Part shown: in pieces, positions 56,012 to 64,000 of the stretch
How the letters are laid out: every line of letters starts with the position of its first letter
How positions within the stretch are numbered: the first letter of the stretch is position 1
NCBI GenBank assembly: GCA_036304905.1
Contig: JAXIXR010000003.1
Span: 857 to 64,856 of the forward strand
From: Collinsella sp.
GTDB taxonomy: Bacteria > Actinomycetota > Coriobacteriia > Coriobacteriales > Coriobacteriaceae
Length of the DNA: 64,000 bases
Reading direction: 5' to 3'
Program-made: the position numbers and the translations under genes
The notes under the pieces: model-generated
The model's database searches: none
Seen by the model: the letters and a program-made list of their open reading frames with translations, nothing else
What the model was told of the DNA's origin: nothing

Positions 56012-57555
56012 CTAGTCTTGGGGTGTCCAGGACCAGAAGAAGTTGATGAGGGCTACGCGCGAGGAGGCACCGGTCTTTTTGTTGATCGAGGCGATGTGGC
56101 GGTAGAGTGTGGAGCGCGAAAGGAAGAGTGCCGCCGCAACGTCCTGCATGCTGTCGTCCGAAACGACCAGCGCCTCCAGAACATCGCGCTCGCGCTTGGT
56201 GAGCCCAAAGGTGGCAACGAAGCCGTCGAGCCGATCGTCAAACGAAAGCTCCGGCGGCTCCAGGGGCACCGTGTCGGTCTGATCGGGTGCACGGCTCACG
56301 CCAAGATCGTCGGTAGCAAAAGCCAGCCCGCCATGTGTCGCCTCGCGCTCGCCGTCTTGCCCAAACTGTCCCAACAGCGAAATCGCGATGCCGACGAACA
56401 GCACGAACACGACACCCACCGCCGTCAGCACATTTTGACTCGAGATGATCGCCACCGCCGGAGCCGTCACGAGTATCGAGCAAACGTTGTTGATAACACG
56501 GCCCATGCACGGCCACAGATACGCCCAGCGGGCATACATCGAAATCGCGGCGAACTTCGCGGTGAAGAACACCACGAAAAAGCCCGTGCCAAGGTAAAAG
56601 ATAATCGTGGCGGCAAGCGTATTGCCACCGTTGCCATCGGTGATAAGCACAAAGAACGAGAGCGTGGACAGCATGGCGGCGCACGTCATGATGATATTCA
56701 TATACGAACGCCCACGCAGGTCATACAGGACGCCGGCGGCAAGGGCGCTCACAACCAGCAGCAAGCGCGGCCAGTCGCCCAGGTCGATGGCGCCGGCGGC
56801 ATGCGAAGTCGTAAGGCCGGCATTGAGAGCCGCGAACGCGCCGGTGAGGCAGGCGGTCGCCACCGTCAGCCGCGCCACGGCACCCTGGAAGGTTGCCTTT
56901 GCCTCGGGGTCATCGCGCCACCTGGTGCCACGCTCCGACGCATCGACCGACAGCTCGGCAATCTCGGCCTCGAACTCGGGTGCAGACTCATCGCGCAATT
57001 TAGCTCGACGGGTACCGTGAAGCAGCCCAACCAGCGCAATCGCACAGGCGGTGAGGACAACTGCTGGGGAATGCCCGCAGGCATCACCATATGGTTGAGC
57101 ACCTGTACCAAAATGCCCGCAGCATAAGAAACCGCCACGGCGCGCGCCAAACAGGGTGTCTGCGCAAAACGCCGCGCCAGATTGGCATGGGCAGTCGACC
57201 CGCAGTAGCCCAGGGCGCAGCACGCCACCAAACCGCCGGCAATCACGACCTGAAACTGCACTGCCATAATCATCAGCAACAATGCCGACACCAATAGCAC
57301 GCCTGTAATATCGCTTGTCGCATCGATCGACTGGGGACGGCGATAATACAGAAATGGGCACACGAAAAAGCCGATCACGCTCGCGCCGACAACGATGCTC
57401 TCGTAGATGACGACCTCACTCGATGGCACGAACTCGGCTATGCGCACATCAAAGAGATACTCGCACGCCAAAAACGTGAAGAAGAACAGCGCCAGGCATA
57501 TAATCTCCCGAATGCCCCGACGCAAATATGCGGTTGTGTCTCCCGTGCCCCTCAT
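56012..57555 (-). pseudogene. Membrane-bound LuxR-family regulator, apparently interrupted by a single frameshift near 57066-57080
   Basis: The N-terminal TM-rich part is readable only in the frame of ORF 56866-57576. The remaining TM segments and the LuxR HTH (TKRERDVLEALV...LSRSTLYRHIASINKKTG) are in the frame of ORF 56012-57361. The switch is at a GGGG/CCC run. Confidence 0.55.
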
Positions 57556-57845
57556 GGTTAACCCCCGGCCGCTCAATTGTCTGGAATTCTATTTTAATAA
57601 AGAACCAGTCTCAATATCGAAACCAAGCTCGAAATGCTGCTAATTCGGCCCCAGTCGTCCACATCACGCCGCGATTTTGAGCCGCATGGCCCAGAAGGGA
57701 CACGCGCAACGCCACTTCCTTGATGGGCATCCCGATGCAAACGCGCCCGGCAAGCATTAACTGCTCGCCGGGCGCCTTGCCGTCTGCGGATTTTGGGACA
57801 TGCGGCCCGCTTTTTCGACCCATCTGTCGGTACACTAAAGGGACT

Positions 57846-59729
57846 ATGGGTACCCGCGAGCGACATATCGGCCACGCGGCCGCCCGGACCGCGCCGGTTG
57901 CGGATCCCAGGGGTGGCAGGCTCTTCGCCATGCCGCGATTCCTTGTTGGCATAACACATCAGGTGTACCGTCACCGCGTCTTTGCTATCGCCGGCGCCAT
58001 CACCGCGCTGTTCCTCATGCTTTTGGCGGTCTTGCCGGCGCTGTTTGCCTTCGACCCCAAACTTTCTAACGCCGTGCCCGCCTATAGCAAGGTGTCCGAA
58101 GAGGTCGTGGATGCGCTCGCCCATTCGAGCTCTCTCCCGCTGCTTGTCGCCGCAATTGTATTTTCGATCTGGGGCGTATCGGTCTATCTGCGCTGTTTGG
58201 ACTATGTGTTGCGTCGCCGCCTTGTGGCCATCGCCACCATCTGCGCCCTGTGGATGATCGAAGTCATTCTCAAGTACAAGTCGTTCACGCCGTTCTATGC
58301 CACCGTGCTGTGGTACCTGTACTACGTGCCCATGACGCTCATTCCGCTGCTCTACCAGCTCTGCGGCCTGCGCCTTGCGGGCCTGGAGCAACACCGCCTG
58401 GGGCGCCGCTACTGCGCTGCGCTGTGGATTGCGGCCATCCTGCTTATCGGATTTGTGCTCACCAACGATTTTCATCAGCAGGTCTTCCGCTTTGACCGTA
58501 CAAGCGACACCTGGAGTAACGATTACACGTACGGCTGGGGTTATTTTGTCGTTCTCGTGTGGACGGTCTTCGACTTCGTGGCCTTTTTTATCCTGGTTGG
58601 TCGGTCCTCGTCCTTTCGCATCCAGCGTTTCTCGGGCACGGCGGCGCTCGTACTGCTGGGTGGCGCATTCTTTGCCGTCTCGTATGCGTTGCGCGTGCCC
58701 TGGGCATGGAGGCTCAACTTTTCGCTCGTCTATTGCGTCCTGTGCGTGGTGGCGATGGAAATCTGTCTCGATTGCGGTGTCATTCCGTCGTATCACGACA
58801 TCGCCGGCATCTTCGACACCTTGCCGCTCGACCTCAAAGTCCTAACGCGCGACCTGCAGGAGGTCTATGCCACGCCGGTGTCAAAGCCAATGCCGGTAGG
58901 CGTGCGCGAGGAGTTGCGGACCCAGGAGCACGGCCGCGGCCGTGCCTTTGCCGTGGCGTCCGATCCCAATGTGATGTACCGTGCCTTTCCGCTGCTGGGT
59001 GGATCGGCGCTGCTTGCCCAAGACGTGTCGGAGCTCAACGAGCTTAACCGTGAACTGGCACATCGTCGAATGGAGCTGCAGCGTCAAAACGAGCTGCTCG
59101 CCGCCGACTACGACCTTAAGGCGCATTTGGCAGATCAAGAGGCCGAGACCTTGCTGGTCCAAGACGTGGACCAGGCGCTTGCCCGCGCGCTCGAAGAGAT
59201 GTACGACCTGCTGGGCTCGTTGCCACCGTTGACCGACGAAGCGTCTTCGCACGAGCGTTACCGCATGCTGCAGCGCGCCAAGATGCTCGTCGCCTATTGC
59301 AAGCGCAAGGGGTCGCTCACGTTGGCACAGCACGGGGAGAGCGGTTTTGATCGCGACCGCATTCAGCTCATCGCCAACGAGCTCGCAAGTGACCTGCGCA
59401 CGATCGATGTCGATTGCGCCTCGATTATCGCCATACGGCGCCCGTTGCACGCCAGTACGGTAAGCGCCCTGTACGACTGCGTGTATGACTTTGCGTTTTT
59501 TGCCTACACCACCGACCATCCGGCGCTTATGTATCACTTGGGCGACCATGACCGATGCAGTGTCGAGCTGCGCGCCACGCTTTTTTCCAACGATGATGAA
59601 GATCTTTCGCAGACGCTCGCTGCGCAAGAGCTCGAAAGCGCTCTGCAAGGGCGCAACGTGGCATACCGCCTTGAGGGCGAGCCCGGCCAGCTGCACATGA
59701 TTGTCTTGATGCCGAGGGCGGGTGAGTGA
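57846..59729 (+). CDS. 7TM sensor protein with coiled coil and degenerate histidine-kinase-like C-terminus (pseudo-kinase)
   Basis: Seven hydrophobic segments, then NELNRELAHRRMELQRQNELL. The position equivalent to the H box reads LLVQDVDQAL (no His). No G1/G2 boxes. Start is 57846 or 57930. Confidence 0.6.
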   Translation: MGTRERHIGHAAARTAPVADPRGGRLFAMPRFLVGITHQVYRHRVFAIAGAITALFLMLLAVLPALFAFDPKLSNAVPAYSKVSEEVVDALAHSSSLPLLVAAIVFSIWGVSVYLRCLDYVLRRRLVAIATICALWMIEVILKYKSFTPFYATVLWYLYYVPMTLIPLLYQLCGLRLAGLEQHRLGRRYCAALWIAAILLIGFVLTNDFHQQVFRFDRTSDTWSNDYTYGWGYFVVLVWTVFDFVAFFILVGRSSSFRIQRFSGTAALVLLGGAFFAVSYALRVPWAWRLNFSLVYCVLCVVAMEICLDCGVIPSYHDIAGIFDTLPLDLKVLTRDLQEVYATPVSKPMPVGVREELRTQEHGRGRAFAVASDPNVMYRAFPLLGGSALLAQDVSELNELNRELAHRRMELQRQNELLAADYDLKAHLADQEAETLLVQDVDQALARALEEMYDLLGSLPPLTDEASSHERYRMLQRAKMLVAYCKRKGSLTLAQHGESGFDRDRIQLIANELASDLRTIDVDCASIIAIRRPLHASTVSALYDCVYDFAFFAYTTDHPALMYHLGDHDRCSVELRATLFSNDDEDLSQTLAAQELESALQGRNVAYRLEGEPGQLHMIVLMPRAGE

Positions 59730-61225
59730 CGATGCAGATTTCGCTCGTTCTTCCCCAAATCGTTGCGCTCGATGTTGTCTTTGCCCTGGCTGCGTGCCTG
59801 CAGACGATCCACGTCCCGCTCATCGCATCGCGCCGCTCGCCCTATAACCGTAAGGTGATTTGCGCCTACGAGGCGAGCCTTGTGCTTCACCTGGTGGTTT
59901 CGGCGCTCATCTTATTCGCGTCGTCTGGCTCGTATCTGGTGGCGCCGCTTGACGTTTGCGCCAGGGCAATGGGCGGAGCGTTGTGGCTCAATGCCGCAAT
60001 CTTTGCCTATGGCGTGGTACTTATGGTGCACTATCGTCGCCTCGTCATGCTGGCCGAACTGTTGCTTGTTGTCGCCGTTACACCACCGGTGGTTTTTGCC
60101 ATGGGCTCGGCGTGGACCGTTGTCCTTATCGCAGGGGGAGCGTTCTTCCTGTTCCGCTCCATCGCGGCGCTCTTGATGGACGTCCGTAACCGCCAAGAGG
60201 ATATCACCATGTTCTCGACGATCGAGACCATCAACGTGATTCCCGTGGGCATCCTGTATCTGGACCCGAGGGGCCGTCCGCTGCTCATGAACCGCTGCAT
60301 GCGCAAAAACCTGGTGGAACTTCATATGCCCACCGACCTAGGCGACATGAGCAGCACATGGAACGACCTGCGCAAACTGAGCATGCAAATGCCCGAAAGC
60401 AGCAGGAACCGTGTGCGGATTAATCTGGACCGCTTTGGTGAGGCGCGTGCGGTGGTCGAGGTCTCTCCCGCCGAGATTCGCCTGTTTGTGCGCGATCGCG
60501 TTATGGTTTCGGGCCGTTCGTTCGAGCGCATTATCGGTCTTGATGTGACAGAGTACGCGCATGCTCATGACCGCCTGGCGCAAGCCAACCACCTGCTTGA
60601 GCTTGCGGGCCAAGAGCTCCAGGCCCAGATCGAAGAAGCTAAAAAGGTTGCCGACAATGCGGCCTACCTACGTATGCGTGCCCGCGTGCACGACGTGATC
60701 GGGCAGCGCCTGTCCATTCTTCATCGCTATTTGGAGGAGGGACGTTTGGACGATGAGTCGCTCGAGCAGATTGACCCGTTGCTGCGCTCAATCGCCGCCG
60801 ATTTGCGCAGTGGCGGTGCCAGCGAGCCTGCAGAGCAGCTGGGTGATATCGTCCATGCTTTTGGCCTGGTGAGTGTGCAGATCGATGTTGAGGGTGTGCT
60901 GCCCGAGGACGCGCGTGTCGCCGCCGCATTTTTGCAGATTATCCGCGAGGCCTCGACCAATGCCACCAAGCATGCGCAGGCACATCGGGTCCACGTGCGT
61001 CTGTGGCAGGAGGGGGCGGATGCTGGAGCCGTCGCGCGCATGACGATTTCTAACGATGGGTCCCCGGCCCCCGTATCGTATCGCGAGGGAACGGGTATCC
61101 CAGGTATGAGGCATGTCGCACAAGATCTGGGTGGCAGCCTAGAGGTCCACGCCGCCCCGCCCTTTACGCTTGCGGTGTCCATTCCGCTTAACGCCAACGA
61201 CACGTCCCAAAGGAGAAGCTCATGA
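59726..61225 (+). CDS. Membrane sensor histidine kinase (HisKA_3 / NarL-partner type)
   Basis: 5-6 TM segments, H box RARVHDVIGQRLSIL, N box IIREASTNATKHAQA, G box GTGIPGMRHVAQDLGG. GTGA overlap with the upstream gene. Confidence 0.8.
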   Translation: MTMQISLVLPQIVALDVVFALAACLQTIHVPLIASRRSPYNRKVICAYEASLVLHLVVSALILFASSGSYLVAPLDVCARAMGGALWLNAAIFAYGVVLMVHYRRLVMLAELLLVVAVTPPVVFAMGSAWTVVLIAGGAFFLFRSIAALLMDVRNRQEDITMFSTIETINVIPVGILYLDPRGRPLLMNRCMRKNLVELHMPTDLGDMSSTWNDLRKLSMQMPESSRNRVRINLDRFGEARAVVEVSPAEIRLFVRDRVMVSGRSFERIIGLDVTEYAHAHDRLAQANHLLELAGQELQAQIEEAKKVADNAAYLRMRARVHDVIGQRLSILHRYLEEGRLDDESLEQIDPLLRSIAADLRSGGASEPAEQLGDIVHAFGLVSVQIDVEGVLPEDARVAAAFLQIIREASTNATKHAQAHRVHVRLWQEGADAGAVARMTISNDGSPAPVSYREGTGIPGMRHVAQDLGGSLEVHAAPPFTLAVSIPLNANDTSQRRSS

Positions 61226-61845
61226 TCCGCGTTCTTATAGTCGAAGACCAGGCCATTCTGCGCGAGAGCCTGGCACGCTCCGTTGGTGACCAGCCCGATA
61301 TGACCGTCGTCGCCGCGATTGCCGATGCCTCCGAGGCCTTGGGCGTCGCACTCAGGGAGCGCCCGGACATGATACTGATGGACGTGTGCACCGAACACGA
61401 TTCAAACGGCATCGTGGCGGCGGCGCGCATCAAGGAGCAGCTGCCCGAGTGTCGCATCATTATCATGACGGGCATGCCCGAGATCACCTTTGTCGATCAG
61501 GCTCGCGAGGCGGGCGTCGATAGCTTTGTGTACAAGAACGTCGGTATCGACGAGCTGTTCGCTGTGATGCGCTCCACGCTGGCGGGCTATTGCACGTTTC
61601 CCAAGCCGCCCGAGAGCATTTTTTCGGGCACGGCGGCCCTCGACGATGTCGAGCTATCGATTTTGCGCCTTGCCTGCGAGGGCAAAAGTCGTCGCGAGAT
61701 CGCGGCCGAGCTGTTTATGAGCGAGGGCACCATCAAGCGCCGCATTTCGGAGATCCTGAGCAAGACTGGCTACGACAACATCATGCGTCTTGCCGTGCAT
61801 GCGGTGACCGAAGGCAGTATCGTCCCCAATATGGAGCGCCCGTAG
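61222..61845 (+). CDS. NarL/LuxR-family response regulator
   Basis: MIRVLIVEDQ...PDMILMDV receiver. HTH LSILRLACEGKSRREIAAELFMSEGTIKRRISEILSKTG. ATGA overlap with the kinase gene. Confidence 0.88.
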   Translation: MIRVLIVEDQAILRESLARSVGDQPDMTVVAAIADASEALGVALRERPDMILMDVCTEHDSNGIVAAARIKEQLPECRIIIMTGMPEITFVDQAREAGVDSFVYKNVGIDELFAVMRSTLAGYCTFPKPPESIFSGTAALDDVELSILRLACEGKSRREIAAELFMSEGTIKRRISEILSKTGYDNIMRLAVHAVTEGSIVPNMERP

Positions 61846-61878
61846 TCGGTGCGCCGCCCGTGCTCCAACGCCAAAGAT

Positions 61879-61919
61879 AGGCCGCCCGCCGTTTCGCATC
61901 TAAAAACGGCGGGCGGCCT
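61879..61919. terminator. 16-bp hairpin between convergent regulator and lipoprotein genes
   Basis: AGGCCGCCCGCCGTTT-cgcatctaa-AAACGGCGGGCGGCCT. A second hairpin lies at about 61950-61985. Confidence 0.6.
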
Positions 61920-62035
61920 GCTTGTATGGGCAGTGCTGTCGGCATAAAGCGGCGGGGCCGCAGGATTATCTCCTGCGGTCCCGCCTGACATGTGCGCGGA
62001 TGTGTCCGCCAATCCGCGGCTATCGGTGTCTGCCG

Positions 62036-62878
62036 TTACGCGATGGTTGCGCTGTAAGAGGCGACGTCCTCGTAGGAATCGGTCAGGTAGGCGTCGATGC
62101 CGATGGTCGTATTGACCAGGTCGTCAAGGCTGTCAAGCTCGCCGTTCGAGAACGTGAATTCCTCGGTGGCGTTGGTGCCGGGCATCAGGTGAGCCGAGAA
62201 CCAGGGTTCCTTCATGGTGCCGTTGACGTTGGTCTTGCCGGAAGGAGCGTAGAAGGTCAGGTCCTTGTCGCTCTTGTTGGTGATGTTGACGACAAAGCCG
62301 ATGTCGCCCCAGTCGTCCTTGAACTTCTCGGTGATGGTGATGGTGCACAGATCGTCATCGGCGACGGTGACGGCGGGGGAGATTTCGACGCTCTGGACAT
62401 CGTCGTCTTCGACGGCCTCATCGATCTCATCTTCCTTCTCGGCCGCCTCGCGATCCTTCTTCACCGTACCGGACAGGTCCTTGTCGGACTTGGTGAAGAT
62501 AAACTTGTCGCCGTCCACCTCCAGGACGAGCTTGTCGTCCTTGAGCTTCAGATCGTGCGATTCATCTTCGGCGGTGACGGTTGCGGTGGTGGCGTCCTTG
62601 GCCTCCCACTTAAGGTCGACAACCTCAAGGAACAGGTCGAGGGTGCCTGTGCCGTCCTCATCGAGGATCAGGATGCAGTTGACGCCCCACTCTTCGAGCA
62701 TATCCATGTACTCATCGGTGAGCTCTTCGCCATCCAAGGTTCCACCCGAGTACTGCCAGCTGCCGACGAAGTTGGCCTTGGGGTCTTTGCCGCCGCCGCT
62801 GCAGCCCGTCAGGGCAAAGGCGAGCGCCAGGGCGCATGTCAGAAATGCGAGTACGGACTTTTTGAACGTTGTCTTCAT
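62036..62878 (-). CDS. Lipoprotein, function unknown
   Basis: MKTTFKKSVLAFLTCALALAFALTGCSGG lipobox. Asp/Glu/Lys-rich mature part. Confidence 0.75.
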   Translation of the reverse strand: MKTTFKKSVLAFLTCALALAFALTGCSGGGKDPKANFVGSWQYSGGTLDGEELTDEYMDMLEEWGVNCILILDEDGTGTLDLFLEVVDLKWEAKDATTATVTAEDESHDLKLKDDKLVLEVDGDKFIFTKSDKDLSGTVKKDREAAEKEDEIDEAVEDDDVQSVEISPAVTVADDDLCTITITEKFKDDWGDIGFVVNITNKSDKDLTFYAPSGKTNVNGTMKEPWFSAHLMPGTNATEEFTFSNGELDSLDDLVNTTIGIDAYLTDSYEDVASYSATIA

Positions 62879-62959
62879 GGTGTCCTCCTTTATCGAACGA
62901 AACCCATAGAAGCAAATGCGGGGGTGGCGGACCTCCCCGCCAATTACCAGATAGAGGGG

Positions 62960-64000
62960 TTAGGGCCTGGGCGTTCCGCAGTTGCTGCAGAACTTGCCGC
63001 CGTTTTCGCTGCCGCAGTTGGGGCAGAACCACTTGGCCGGTGTCGGGGCGGGTGCGGGGCTGCCGCATTCCGAGCAGAACTTGCCGGTGTTGGTGGCACC
63101 GCAGCTGCAGGTCCACGTGCCGGCCGCGGGGGCAGCGGCAGGAGCCGGTGCGGGGGCGGGTGCCGGAGCTGGCTGTAGGGCAGCCTGCTGCTGTGCCTGG
63201 CCGGCGGCGAACAGCTGGCTGGCGTTCATGCCGCCCATGCCGCCCGCCATGCCCATGCCCATAAAGCCGGCCATCGCGCCGTTGGGGTTGGCGGCTGCCG
63301 CGCGCATCGCATCGCTCTGGGCGCTGGCGATGTTGGCGGCTGCCATGGTGGGATCGCGCATGACCGCGGCCTTCTGCAGGTCCTTGATCATCTGCTCGTC
63401 TTCTTGCGAGGCGGCGATGGAGTTGACGCCAAAGCTCACGATTTCGACACCACGCAGGTCGCGCCAGTCGGCCGAGAGGACCTCGTTGAGCGCGCGGGCG
63501 AGCTCGGTGGTGTGACCGGGGATGGCGCTGTAGCGAATGCCCATCTCCGAGATCTTGGCAAAGGCGGGCTGCAGAGCGGTGAGCAGCTCGGACTTAAGCT
63601 GGCTGTCGATCTTATCGCGCGTGTAGCTATCGGTCACGTTGCCGCACACGTTGGTGTAGAACAGCAGCGGGTTGGTGATGCGGTACGAATACTCGCCGTT
63701 GCAGCGCACGGAGATGTCGACGTCCAGGCCAATGTTGTTATCGACCACGCGGAAGGGCACGGGCGAGGCGGTGCCGTACTTGTTGCCGATGATCTCCTTG
63801 GTGTTAATGAAGTAGACGCGCTGATCTTTGCCCGCGTCGCCGCCAAAGGTAAAGCGGCTGCCGATATTGGCGAACGTCTCCTTGATGGAGTCGCCCAGGT
63901 TGCCGCTAAAGACGCTCGGCTCGCTGCCGGTGTCAAAGACAAACTCGCCGGGCTCCAGCGCGACCTCGATGATCTTGCCGTTTTGCACCACGAGCATGCC
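62960..64000 (-). CDS. SPFH/band-7-like protein with Ala/Gly/Met/Pro-rich linker and two C-terminal zinc ribbons (N-terminus outside window)
   Basis: The ORF reaches the window edge. Tail CSCGATNTGKFCSECG and CPNCGSENGGKFCSNCG. The body resembles the COG4260-type SPFH / virion-core-like family (recalled, not searched). Confidence 0.65.
   Translation of the reverse strand, partial: GMLVVQNGKIIEVALEPGEFVFDTGSEPSVFSGNLGDSIKETFANIGSRFTFGGDAGKDQRVYFINTKEIIGNKYGTASPVPFRVVDNNIGLDVDISVRCNGEYSYRITNPLLFYTNVCGNVTDSYTRDKIDSQLKSELLTALQPAFAKISEMGIRYSAIPGHTTELARALNEVLSADWRDLRGVEIVSFGVNSIAASQEDEQMIKDLQKAAVMRDPTMAAANIASAQSDAMRAAAANPNGAMAGFMGMGMAGGMGGMNASQLFAAGQAQQQAALQPAPAPAPAPAPAAAPAAGTWTCSCGATNTGKFCSECGSPAPAPTPAKWFCPNCGSENGGKFCSNCGTPRP

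Noticed and set aside
57594-58796. 400-aa minus-strand ORF opposite the 7TM protein gene
   Set aside because: Its Arg/His/Gly/Asp/Lys/Gln-rich composition contrasts with the clean 7-TM pattern on the plus strand. It is a shadow ORF.

Overview
High-GC (about 60-65%) chromosomal segment. Gene content suggests a Coriobacteriia / Collinsella-like actinobacterium; that assignment is inference only. Nt 1 to about 8700 is an integrative mobilizable element. It carries a tyrosine integrase (cut by the window edge), a DnaB-C-like ATPase, MobC, a type IV coupling protein and a relaxase, with no mating-pore genes in view. It ends close to a tRNA-Arg(CCT). The element holds the most unusual object in the window: a 420-nt ORF-free block at 6440-6857, packed with perfect hairpins and bracketed by two terminators. 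This could be a structured RNA, a single-strand origin or an oriT. The rest is mostly housekeeping: mannose-family PTS manXYZ plus DUF956; hypA; a large GltD-like Fe-S flavoprotein; a TetR regulator plus membrane protein; clpB; aconitase; the dnaK-grpE-dnaJ-hspR operon; ferredoxin; nadABC-niaR; a LytTR two-component pair; trxA; nikR-hypFCDE; a HAD phosphatase; an EIIA domain; pyrE; mgtA; a LuxR-type membrane regulator that looks frameshifted; a 7TM pseudo-kinase plus HisKA_3 kinase plus NarL-type regulator; a lipoprotein; and an SPFH/zinc-ribbon protein cut by the window edge. Two low-GC islets look accessory. One is an orphan membrane-protein gene flanked by 195-bp direct repeats (23.3-24.6 kb). 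The other is a translationally coupled DEDDh-exonuclease-BRCT plus signal-less DUF285 LRR pair (32.5-34.6 kb). Intergenic DNA is rich in modular hairpin repeats. One family has a nearly invariant 68-nt core enclosed by stems whose sequence is completely different between copies while pairing is kept. Non-CDS coordinates were hand-counted and may be off by 1-2 nt. No homology search or folding software was run; all family calls rest on motifs read from the translations.
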